A stretch of 64,000 bases of DNA from Acidimicrobiia bacterium (GTDB lineage: Bacteria; Actinomycetota; Acidimicrobiia; Spongiisociales; ZC4RG35), in assembly GCA_025937235.1 (NCBI GenBank), contig JAICRU010000001.1:7516-71515 (forward strand). The letters run 5' to 3'. Position numbers and translations under genes: made by a program. Below the pieces are notes generated by a model, which saw only the letters and a program-made list of their open reading frames with translations, did not search any database and had not been told where the DNA came from. Each line of letters starts with the position of its first letter. Within the stretch, counting starts at the first letter, position 1. Shown here in pieces: positions 54,153 through 62,298 of this stretch.

Positions 54153-55133
54153 ATGACCGGTCTTCGACCGCCTCCAAGACAGGAGACGCCCAGCCGCATC
54201 CTGTTCCGAATCGTGTTGCTGGTCGTGCTCGTGGTCGCCGCCGGCACCGCGATCTGGACCGAGGTCACCCGGGACCGGATCGGTCTGATCGAAGACGTCT
54301 CCCTCGATGAGCTCGACATACGACCCATCGTCACCACCACCGGCGCGAGGCTCAACGTGGTGAGACAGGGAGAGGGGGCCGTGCCTGTGGTGCTGCTTCA
54401 CGACGCCGACGTCGCCGGTGGCGTCACCTGGGATGGGGTGGTAGAGGGTCTCGATCCCCGCTTCGCGGTGATGCGGGTGGATCTGCCCGGATTCGGGCTC
54501 AGCGAGAGGGTCCCGGAAGAGGGAAGCCGCCACACCGTCGCGTCGATGGCCGAGGAGGTCTCCGATGTGATCCGTCAGGCCTATGGGGATGGTGTCGTCA
54601 TTGCCGGCGTCGGTCTCGGCGGCGAAGTCGGGGCCGAGATCGCAGCCACCCAGCCCTCGTTGGTCTCGGGTCTGGTGATGGTCGACGTCGACTTCTACAA
54701 GCCCGATGGCTGGGTGGAGTTGGTGGAGAAGCTGCCCTGGGTCGGCACCGCGGCCACATACGCCCTGGAGACGGCGGGTCCGCTGGCCGCGAACCGCTGG
54801 GCCCCGAACTGTGAATCAGGGGGTTGGTGCCCGACCAGTAGCCAAATCGCAGCGCGTGATCTCGCCGAGACCATCGTGGGCACCTCGGAGTCGCTCCGCG
54901 CCTTCCGCCGCACCCCAGCCGCGTCGCAGGTCCCGTCGAAGCTGGGAGACATCAGCGTCCCCACTCAGTACCTGTGGAGTGAGGCAGGGAACGTGCCCCG
55001 AGAGTCGGTGGACCGGGTGCAGGAGGCAATGCCCGGGGCGGCATTCGAAGTGGTGCCCGAGGCCTGGAGGGCCCATCTCGATTCACCCGAGAAGGTGGCG
55101 GCCGCCATCTTATCGCTCGCTCCTCAGGGCTGA
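54153..55133 (+). CDS. Membrane-anchored alpha/beta hydrolase
   Basis: N-terminal TM ILFRIVLLVVLVVAAGTAIW, then an alpha/beta-fold pattern (VVLLHDA... and GVGLGG in the nucleophile-elbow position). Confidence 0.65.
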   Translation: MTGLRPPPRQETPSRILFRIVLLVVLVVAAGTAIWTEVTRDRIGLIEDVSLDELDIRPIVTTTGARLNVVRQGEGAVPVVLLHDADVAGGVTWDGVVEGLDPRFAVMRVDLPGFGLSERVPEEGSRHTVASMAEEVSDVIRQAYGDGVVIAGVGLGGEVGAEIAATQPSLVSGLVMVDVDFYKPDGWVELVEKLPWVGTAATYALETAGPLAANRWAPNCESGGWCPTSSQIAARDLAETIVGTSESLRAFRRTPAASQVPSKLGDISVPTQYLWSEAGNVPRESVDRVQEAMPGAAFEVVPEAWRAHLDSPEKVAAAILSLAPQG

Positions 55134-56149
55134 GCGTCGAACTCCACCTCGTGCACCGCGTTGTTGGCGTAGCCCCTGGCGTTCCAGGGTGGCTGCATCG
55201 GCTGGGTGTCGCCTGAGTCATCGGTCGCCCGGGCCGTCACGATGTGCCGGCCCGGCCCGATATCGAGCTCGCATTGCCATCGGATCGCCGACAACGGCCC
55301 CGAGCCCGGCTCCAGCCCTGCCCGCACCCAGTTTTCGCCATGATCGATCGACACCGCGACCTCGGTGACCGGGGCATTGCCGGACCAGGCCGACCCGGTG
55401 AAGACCACCCTGCCCGCCCTCACCGTCTCCCCGTCCCCGGGCGCCGCGATGAGCGATCTGACCTGGATGGCACCGACCGGTGCGCCCTCGGCGTGTCTGT
55501 CGTCGGCGAGATAGCGATATCTGTCGACGAAGTGCCCGGAGAACGGCCGGGTCACCCCCTCGATCCGAATCACCCACTTGACCGACCTCATCGCGTAGTC
55601 ACCGGGGAGCATGAATCTGATCGGCCCGCCGTGCTCGAGGCCGAGTCGCGCTCCGCCCCATTCGGTGACGAGGAGCGCCGAGCCATCTGCCACTCGTCCC
55701 GTCGGGACGGAGAACTGGTAGTTGACCTCGCCCTCGGGCTGGACCTGGCCCTTGTCGGCTCCGGTCACGACCAGCTCGATCACCCCGGGCTGGAGCTCGC
55801 CCAGCAAATCGCTCAGCCTCACTCCCCGGACCCGGACAGGAGATGCCCCACCGAGACCCCAGGCCAGGCCGTCGACGGCTGGGCGGATCAGCGACCGCCC
55901 GTTCCCGGCGCACTCGAGCACGAAGTCGATCTCCACCGGCTGTAGCCCGGCGAGGTCTTCGACGGTGATGAGGCGCGAGGGCCATCCCGGCATGACTATC
56001 TCGATCTCCCCGGTCAGGGCCTCGGGTGCCGGGGTGGGAAAGCTGTTACGGAGGTAGGCGCGCTCCTGGGAGAGGAGGCGGCCGTCCAGCACTGACAACG
56101 GTACGGCTGCGTTGGGCGGGTCTTCGGTCAGGTAGTCGAGGTCGGACAT
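55124..56149 (-). CDS. Sulfite-oxidase-family molybdoenzyme with C-terminal dimerisation (Ig-like) domain
   Basis: ...LECAGNGR... contains the Mo-ligand Cys; ...GGPIRFMLPGDYAMRSVKWV... follows. 10-nt convergent overlap with the hydrolase gene. Confidence 0.8.
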   Translation of the reverse strand: MSDLDYLTEDPPNAAVPLSVLDGRLLSQERAYLRNSFPTPAPEALTGEIEIVMPGWPSRLITVEDLAGLQPVEIDFVLECAGNGRSLIRPAVDGLAWGLGGASPVRVRGVRLSDLLGELQPGVIELVVTGADKGQVQPEGEVNYQFSVPTGRVADGSALLVTEWGGARLGLEHGGPIRFMLPGDYAMRSVKWVIRIEGVTRPFSGHFVDRYRYLADDRHAEGAPVGAIQVRSLIAAPGDGETVRAGRVVFTGSAWSGNAPVTEVAVSIDHGENWVRAGLEPGSGPLSAIRWQCELDIGPGRHIVTARATDDSGDTQPMQPPWNARGYANNAVHEVEFDAQP

Positions 56150-56170
56150 CGGTTAGAGGATGGCACCTGA

Positions 56171-56803
56171 TCAAGACAGCGTCTTGGCCACCCAACTGGC
56201 CCAACGCTCGGTGAGCTCGTCGATGGCTGCACTGTCGGTTCCGGTGGGGTGAAGTGTGGGGCCGACCACAAGCCGGATCCGGCCCCGACGGAGATGATTG
56301 TCGATCCCGAGGACCCGGTCGGTGCCGATGACGGCCACCGCCACCAGCGGCACCTGTCTCCTCACCGCCAGCCAGGCCGCACCCCTCCTGAAACCGGCCT
56401 CCCCGAATCTCTCCACCCTGATCCCCTCGGGGAAGACACCAACCACGCCACCCTCGTCGAGATGGGCGAGACATGCCCGCACCGTGCCCAGGGGGACCGT
56501 CCCCCGACGCACGGTTATCACGTCCAGCGCGTCGAGCGTCCAGTCGAGCGGCCAGTGATTGCCGTATAGGTCGACCAGGGCGATGAACCGAGCCCGCTTA
56601 CCGTACGCCGCCGCCCCCACCAGCGGTGGGTCGAGAAACGAGTAGTGGTTGGCGGCCAGCACGAACGGCGGCTCGGGGAAGCCCGGGCCGCGGTCGACCC
56701 TGAGCCTCCACAGCAGACGGGCCCCGAGCTTGATGGACGGGATAACGACCGGCCAGAAGAGTCGGCTCTTCAGGGAGCGCTTGGCCGGTGCCGACCGGTT
56801 CAA
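56171..56803 (-). CDS. plsC: 1-acyl-sn-glycerol-3-phosphate (lysophospholipid) acyltransferase
   Basis: HX4D motif in VLAANHYSFLDPP and a FPEGIR motif. TTGA overlap with the upstream gene. Confidence 0.8.
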   Translation of the reverse strand: MNRSAPAKRSLKSRLFWPVVIPSIKLGARLLWRLRVDRGPGFPEPPFVLAANHYSFLDPPLVGAAAYGKRARFIALVDLYGNHWPLDWTLDALDVITVRRGTVPLGTVRACLAHLDEGGVVGVFPEGIRVERFGEAGFRRGAAWLAVRRQVPLVAVAVIGTDRVLGIDNHLRRGRIRLVVGPTLHPTGTDSAAIDELTERWASWVAKTLS

Positions 56804-57771
56804 GGGATGAGCAGGACCTTGCCCGCCGTCTGCCGTCCCTCGAGGGCGCGATGGGCGTCAGCAGCACGATCCAGGGGCAGCTCCTGTCCCACCCGGACAT
56901 CGAGATCGCCCGCCTCCATCCAGGAGAAGAGGTCGGCGCACCGGCCGAGCAGCTCCTCGCGAGTCAGGATGTAGTGCGCCATGGTGGGACGGGTCAGGAA
57001 TAGCGATCCCTTCTGCGAGAGAAGGAGGGGCGATATCTCTGGAACAGGTCCCGAGGCGTTGCCAAAGGTGGCCATCAACCCCCTCGGTCGTAGGAGATCC
57101 ATGCCCTTCATGAAGGTGTCGGCGCCGACCCCGTCGTAGATCACATCGAGAGCATTGGGCCCGGCGATTTCCTCTATCGCCGTCTGGAAGTCCACTTCGG
57201 TGTAGACGATGACGTAGTCGGCACCGGCCTCGCGGCTGAGCCGGGCTTTGTCGGCGGTGCCGACCGTGGTGAAGACCTCTGCTCCGAGCCTCTTGGCGAT
57301 CTGGGTGAGGAGCAGCCCCACTCCCCCCGCTCCGGCGTGGATCAAGCAGCGGTCACCCGGCTGGAGGGGCCAGGTGTCGGTGGCCAGATAGTGAGCAGTC
57401 AGCCCTTGGAGCAGCGCTGCGGCGGCCAGACGCAGCTCCACTGCGTCGGGCAACGGCACCGCGCGGCCCGCCTGGACGAGATGACGCTCCGCATAGGAGC
57501 CAAGCACATTGACCCAGCCGACACGATCCCCGGCTGAGATGCCGTCGACACCCTCGCCCACCGCCACAACGGTCCCCGCTCCCTCCAGCCCCGGGGTGAA
57601 GGGGAGAGCCATGTCGTACAAACCCGTTCGGTGGTAGACATCGACGAAGTTCACCCCGGCGGCGGCCACTTCGACGAGCAGCTCGCCCGGGCCCGGTCCG
57701 TCAGGGTCGGGCAGCTCCTTCGGGATCAGCTTCTCGGCTCCCCCCAGCTCTTCGACGATGATCGCCCTCAA
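56800..57771 (-). CDS. qor: NADPH:quinone oxidoreductase (zeta-crystallin-type MDR)
   Basis: MRAIIVEELGG...AAGVNFVDVYHRTGLY...HAGAGGVGLLLTQIAK. TTG 57771 forms a TTGA overlap with the upstream hypothetical gene. Confidence 0.8.
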   Translation of the reverse strand: MRAIIVEELGGAEKLIPKELPDPDGPGPGELLVEVAAAGVNFVDVYHRTGLYDMALPFTPGLEGAGTVVAVGEGVDGISAGDRVGWVNVLGSYAERHLVQAGRAVPLPDAVELRLAAAALLQGLTAHYLATDTWPLQPGDRCLIHAGAGGVGLLLTQIAKRLGAEVFTTVGTADKARLSREAGADYVIVYTEVDFQTAIEEIAGPNALDVIYDGVGADTFMKGMDLLRPRGLMATFGNASGPVPEISPLLLSQKGSLFLTRPTMAHYILTREELLGRCADLFSWMEAGDLDVRVGQELPLDRAADAHRALEGRQTAGKVLLIP

Positions 57772-58187
57772 GGGTGCTCCACGGTCCAGCCCCGGCTCCG
57801 CAGCTCGTCGGCGAGAACGTGGTCGGGCAGGAACGAGAGGTCGGGTGGGCCCGTGTCCGAACCGAGGCATCGCTCCACGGTGTCACGAAGGGTTCGGGCC
57901 CAGGCCTTTCCCTTGGCCTCGGCTTCGAAGCTGAGGGTCGAGTCCGGGTTCACCGTATAGACGCGGGCTGTGATCTGGGGGTTGGCGCGAGAGCCACGCT
58001 CGCCGTAGACGAGGAGTGTGGCGCCCATGGGGAGGTCCTGGATCCCCCCGGTGGCGACGAACGACCCTCCGTAAGCCCATCCCGAGGCCCTCGCCTGGTC
58101 GACCGAATCGACGACCTTGGCCCAGTTCTTGTGCCGCTCGTCTCCCAACAGGGGGACCTCCACCGGCACCGTCATCGCGTGGCCCAT
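57768..58187 (-). CDS. Hypothetical protein (139 aa)
   Basis: Coding-like composition, translationally coupled to qor. No family recognised. Confidence 0.5.
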   Translation of the reverse strand: MGHAMTVPVEVPLLGDERHKNWAKVVDSVDQARASGWAYGGSFVATGGIQDLPMGATLLVYGERGSRANPQITARVYTVNPDSTLSFEAEAKGKAWARTLRDTVERCLGSDTGPPDLSFLPDHVLADELRSRGWTVEHP

Positions 58188-58253
58188 ATTGCGAGCGTAG
58201 GCGATGCCGATCGGGATCTGCGACGTCGTGCCGGTAGGCTCTAGCCTCGCCCA

Positions 58254-59252
58254 ATGGCCCAGCTCCGCCTCTTTGCCAACCTCAGGGAACTTGCCGGCAC
58301 ATCGCGGCTCGATGTGCCGTCGGACACCGTTGGCGGGGTAATCGCGCTGGCGTCGGAGAAATTCGGCCCCGACTTCGAGCGGGGCGTGGAGACGGCACGG
58401 GTCTGGCTCAACGGCGAATCAGCCACCATGGAGGACAGGGTCACCGAGAGCGACGAGGTCGTCCTCTTGCCCCCCGTATCCGGTGGGGACCAGCCGGCAG
58501 TCTCGTTGTCGGCGGTGGACCTCAAGGCGTTCCTCCCTGCCGCGGTGGCGGTGGTGGCAGTCCTGGCCAACACCCAGGGCCAGGAGATCTGGGCCGCCGT
58601 CCTGGTGCTGATCGCCTCGATATGGGCCGTTGACGTGGGGTCTGCGTTCGAGGCGAGGGGCAAGGACTTCGCCACGCTGGCCGTGGTGGTCACCGCAGCC
58701 GGTTCGGCCATGGCGGCACATGTCGCCGGAGGTGACGGCTATGCCCTCGCCGTGGTCCTCGCAGTGGTGGTGGGCCTGGGATGGGCCGTCGCCTTCGATC
58801 GCTATCGAAAGCCGGACGTGTTCAGCCCCACGGTCCTGGTCGCGCTGCTCGCGGGGCTGGGCACGGCATCCCTCGTTCTGGCTCGTTCTGCCCATTCTCC
58901 CGAGGCCAGCGCGATCGACGTCTTCCTCGTCTCGGTCATCGCCGCCCTGGCCCTTGGCGCCGTCATCGAGCGGATGCCACCGATCCCCATGTTCGACCCA
59001 TTCTCGGTCACAGCCCTCGGGGCCGTGATCGCCGCGGTGGTTGCCGCCTGGATCTGGGATCTCTCCATTGTCTCCTATCTCCTGGTTGGTCTGGGTATCG
59101 CCGTCGCCCTCCTGGCCGGTCGTGGCCTGTCCTCCATGCTCCGTACCGGTCGGGTCTCGCTCACCGAACGAGCCCCGGGCACGCTGGTGAGCCTGGACGG
59201 TGTGGCTCTCGCCGCCGCTGTCTATTACCCGTTGCTGCTGCTGGTCCTCTGA
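58254..59252 (+). CDS. MoaD/ThiS-like beta-grasp domain (ending in PPVSGG) fused to a polytopic membrane domain
   Basis: Residues 1-78, MAQLRLFANLRELAGTS...DEVVLLPPVSGG, make a complete MoaD-type module including the diglycine. The ORF continues without a stop into about 250 aa with 7-8 hydrophobic helices. Confidence 0.7.
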   Translation: MAQLRLFANLRELAGTSRLDVPSDTVGGVIALASEKFGPDFERGVETARVWLNGESATMEDRVTESDEVVLLPPVSGGDQPAVSLSAVDLKAFLPAAVAVVAVLANTQGQEIWAAVLVLIASIWAVDVGSAFEARGKDFATLAVVVTAAGSAMAAHVAGGDGYALAVVLAVVVGLGWAVAFDRYRKPDVFSPTVLVALLAGLGTASLVLARSAHSPEASAIDVFLVSVIAALALGAVIERMPPIPMFDPFSVTALGAVIAAVVAAWIWDLSIVSYLLVGLGIAVALLAGRGLSSMLRTGRVSLTERAPGTLVSLDGVALAAAVYYPLLLLVL

Positions 59253-59269
59253 TCTCTCGATAGCGGGGC

Positions 59270-59283
59270 CCCAATCGATTGGG
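59270..59283. promoter_or_regulatory. 14-bp perfect palindrome CCCAATCGATTGGG upstream of the M23 peptidase gene
   Basis: Lies 16 nt upstream of ATG 59299. Shares the CAATCGATTG core with the two sites at 18.9 kb. Confidence 0.45.
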
Positions 59284-59298
59284 TTAGCCTGATCCGCG

Positions 59299-60390
59299 AT
59301 GCGTGCCCGAAAGAAGCACGTTCGCCACATCAGCCTCCTCACCCTCGCGGCGATGGCCACTCTGTTGTTCCCTGCCCCCGGTTTGGCGATCACCAAGGCG
59401 CAGGTCGAGGAGGCATGCGCCAGTTCGAGGGCCCAGCTCGAGGAATATCGGGCCGCGCAGGCCGCCTTCGAAGACGCGGCACGGGCTTATGAGACGGCGG
59501 TGCTCGAGGTAGAGCGGGTGGAGAGAAAGCAGGCGTCGGTCTCCGGCTCGGTGACCAGCCACACCCAGGAGCTCGATCAGGTCCAGGCAATGATCGAGGA
59601 GCAGGCGGTCGAGCTCTACATGAGGGGCGGCCTGGCGAGCCCGGGGATCATCTTCTCCGCCTCATCGGTGGACCAGTTCATGACGACCTCGGAGTTCCTC
59701 ACGACTGCCGCCACAGGGGGCCAGGAGTCATTGGCCGAGTTGATCGCCGCCCGGAGCGAGTTGCACAGGTTTCAGGCCATCCTCGACGACACCCGGGACG
59801 AGCTCGAGGCGGTGGAAGCCCAGAAGCTCACTGCACGCACCAACCAGGAGTCCGCCATGGAAGCGGAGCAGGCGGCCTACGCCAAGCTGGAAGGTCGTTG
59901 CAAGGACCTGGCGACCGAATACGACCGTCAGCAGGCGGAGCTCGCCGCCCGGGCTCGGCAGCGGGCGGCGGGATCGGTCCAGGTCGGCTCCTTCATCTGC
60001 CCGTTCACCCCCGGGCGGACTTCCTTCATCGATAGCTGGGGAGCACCGAGATCGGGTGGCCGGGCCCACAAGGGCACGGACCTGTTCGCAGCGATGGACG
60101 AGCCGATGTATGCGGTCAGGTCGGGTCGGGTCTCCACCGGGAACGGCGGCCTCGGTGGCAAGACCATCTGGCTGCTCGGTGACAACGGGATCGCCTTCTA
60201 TTACGCGCACCTCTCCGGCTTCAACGTGTCCTCGGGTCAGACTGTGAGCCAGGGCCAGACGATCGGCTACAACGGCAACACCGGAAACGCCACCGGTGGT
60301 GCACCGCACCTCCATTTCGAGATCCACCCGGGCGGGAGGGGCTCCGCCGCGGTCAACCCCTACGCGACGCTGGCAGGGGCATGCAGGTAG
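59299..60390 (+). CDS. M23-family metallopeptidase with N-terminal coiled-coil (secreted)
   Basis: Signal peptide, a long Ala/Glu/Gln-rich coiled-coil, then HKGTDLFA (HxxxD) and [10 protein letters not shown] (HxH). Confidence 0.85.
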   Translation: MRARKKHVRHISLLTLAAMATLLFPAPGLAITKAQVEEACASSRAQLEEYRAAQAAFEDAARAYETAVLEVERVERKQASVSGSVTSHTQELDQVQAMIEEQAVELYMRGGLASPGIIFSASSVDQFMTTSEFLTTAATGGQESLAELIAARSELHRFQAILDDTRDELEAVEAQKLTARTNQESAMEAEQAAYAKLEGRCKDLATEYDRQQAELAARARQRAAGSVQVGSFICPFTPGRTSFIDSWGAPRSGGRAHKGTDLFAAMDEPMYAVRSGRVSTGNGGLGGKTIWLLGDNGIAFYYAHLSGFNVSSGQTVSQGQTIGYNGNTGNATGGAPHLHFEIHPGGRGSAAVNPYATLAGACR

Positions 60391-60400
60391 CCTGCCCGCT

Positions 60401-60931
60401 GTGACCGAGCATCGACGCCGTATCGACACCGTGCTCGAGCCCGGGTACCTGGCTGACCTGTCAGAGGCGGATCTGGATGATCTGCGCCGGCGTCGGGAGC
60501 TGGCCGAGGACGTCGAGACTCAGATCTCCTATTACCGCCGTCTTCTCCACGGTCGCCTCGACCTGCTCAATTTCGAGCTGAGGCGTCGGAACGGGCAGGA
60601 GGAACGGACCCTCATCGAGGCACTGCCCGAGATCCTCGCTACCGGTATGACGGTTGGTGCCGAGCCCAACCTTCGTCATATCGAGACCATGCCTCCCATT
60701 CCGCCGACCACGGGCCGGCGGCTGATCGACAAGATCATGGACGATGGCATCCTCACCCAGCTGCCCGAGCTGACCGATGAGGAGCTCGCCGAGGCGGTCG
60801 ACCGGCTGGAGGAGGTCGAGAAGGAGCTCTCGGTGCAGCGTCGGCAGCTGCACACGGTGATCGACGCCCTCCAGGACGAGATCATCGCCCGCTACCGGAG
60901 CCAGCAGGGCGAAGCACAGTCGGCGGGCTGA
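60401..60931 (+). CDS. RsiG-like coiled-coil protein (putative c-di-GMP-binding anti-sigma factor family)
   Basis: Two copies of E-x3-S-x2-R-x3-H-x3-D (ETQISYYRRLLHGRLD and EKELSVQRRQLHTVID). GTG 60401 lies 10 nt after the M23 stop. Confidence 0.55.
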   Translation: MTEHRRRIDTVLEPGYLADLSEADLDDLRRRRELAEDVETQISYYRRLLHGRLDLLNFELRRRNGQEERTLIEALPEILATGMTVGAEPNLRHIETMPPIPPTTGRRLIDKIMDDGILTQLPELTDEELAEAVDRLEEVEKELSVQRRQLHTVIDALQDEIIARYRSQQGEAQSAG

Positions 60932-60934
60932 GGC

Positions 60935-61882
60935 GTGCTGGCGGCGCGGACCCGCTCGGGCCTCGATGAGACGATGCACGATGGGGCGGTGGCCGTGATG
61001 TCGGCCGACGGCACCTTGATCGCGTCGAGTGGGGACATCGATCAGGCCTTTTTCCTTAGATCCGCCGCCAAGCCGTTCCAGGCGCTCGTGTCCCAGGAGA
61101 GCGGGGCCGGATTGGGTCCGTTGGAGCTGGCGGTGGCCGCCGGGTCCCACCAAGGCGATCCGGTCCATGTGGCCCTGGTGGAGGCCATGCTCACCGGTGC
61201 CGGGCTCACCGACGCAGACCTCCGCTGCCCTCCGAGCCGGCCGATGTCCCAGTCGGCGGTGGCCCGCAATCGGGAGGAAGGCAAGGAGGAGGCCCATCCC
61301 TTGTGGAACAACTGCTCGGGCAAGCACGCGGCCTGGCTCCGGGCCTGTCGCCGGCGAGGCTGGCCGCTCGACGGGTATCTGGCCCCTGACCACCCGATCC
61401 AGGTGCTGATCGGCGATTTGCTCGAGGATCTCGGCGAGTTCCCGGTCTCACCGGTCGGGGTGGACGGTTGCGGGGCGCCGGTCCATCGGACGACCACCCG
61501 GGCGATGGCGCTCCTCTACGCCCGTCTCGCCGCCCGGCCCCGGCTGAAAGAGGTGTTCGCCGCAATGCACCGTTACCCGGCCCTCGTTTCGGGCGTTGGC
61601 AACGGCGACACGGCGATCGCCACCAACCTCAATGCGGCCGCCAAGCGAGGAGCAGCCGGCTGCATCGGTGTCGCAATCGAGGGGAGGCTCGGTGTCGCGG
61701 TCAAGTCCTGGGACGGGATCCAGGAGGTGGCCGATTGCGCGGCCGTCGCGACACTGGCAGCCCTCGGCGAGGTGCCGCCGATCGCGGAGGCTCGGCTGAA
61801 GCAACTGGCCCGACCGAGCGTGTTTGGTGGGGGCCGGGTCGTCGGGGCGCTGGAGCCGAGGGTCTCGCTGCAGTGGGCATGA
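60935..61882 (+). CDS. Asparaginase II family (Rhizobium-type L-asparaginase) protein
   Basis: ...FFLRSAAKPFQAL..., ...GSHQGDPVH... and ...NNCSGKHAAWL... are typical of the family. Confidence 0.75.
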   Translation: MLAARTRSGLDETMHDGAVAVMSADGTLIASSGDIDQAFFLRSAAKPFQALVSQESGAGLGPLELAVAAGSHQGDPVHVALVEAMLTGAGLTDADLRCPPSRPMSQSAVARNREEGKEEAHPLWNNCSGKHAAWLRACRRRGWPLDGYLAPDHPIQVLIGDLLEDLGEFPVSPVGVDGCGAPVHRTTTRAMALLYARLAARPRLKEVFAAMHRYPALVSGVGNGDTAIATNLNAAAKRGAAGCIGVAIEGRLGVAVKSWDGIQEVADCAAVATLAALGEVPPIAEARLKQLARPSVFGGGRVVGALEPRVSLQWA

Positions 61883-62298
61883 GGCAAGTTCTCGAGGGGA
61901 AGATCGAGGCATGGCTCGACGATGCCGGATCCAGTGTGGAGTACGCCGAGGAGGTCGAGGGCCGTTGGGCGGTGAGGATGCGACAGGAGGCGCGCGATGC
62001 CACCACCGTGTGGTTCGACGTCGGGGAGCGAAGCCTGTGGTACGAGGCCTATGTGTTGCCGGTGGCGGAGGCGAGCCGGGATCTACTGGCCCAGGCCTTG
62101 CGTCGGAACATGAAGGGATGGCGTGCTCACTTCGCCCTCGACGGAGAGGGTGGCCTCATCCTGCGTGGCCGTCTCGCCGAGGAGTGCGTGACCGACCAGG
62201 CGCTCGATCTGGTGCTCGGCGAGATGTACGACACCATCGAGGTCAGCTTTCGGCCACTGGCACGGTCGCTGAGCTCAGGTCGCGAAAAATCCGGTTAG
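61879..62298 (+). CDS. YbjN-like (putative sensory transduction regulator / T3SS-chaperone-like fold) protein
   Basis: 139 aa: ...WAVRMRQEARDATTVWFDVGERSLWYEAYV...LLRRNM.... ATGA overlap with the asparaginase gene. Confidence 0.55.
   Translation: MRQVLEGKIEAWLDDAGSSVEYAEEVEGRWAVRMRQEARDATTVWFDVGERSLWYEAYVLPVAEASRDLLAQALRRNMKGWRAHFALDGEGGLILRGRLAEECVTDQALDLVLGEMYDTIEVSFRPLARSLSSGREKSG

Noticed and set aside
55124-55133. 10-nt overlap of the convergent 3' ends of the alpha/beta hydrolase and sulfite-oxidase-family genes.
   Set aside because: Short convergent overlaps are common in compact high-GC genomes, and nothing else is unusual at this site.
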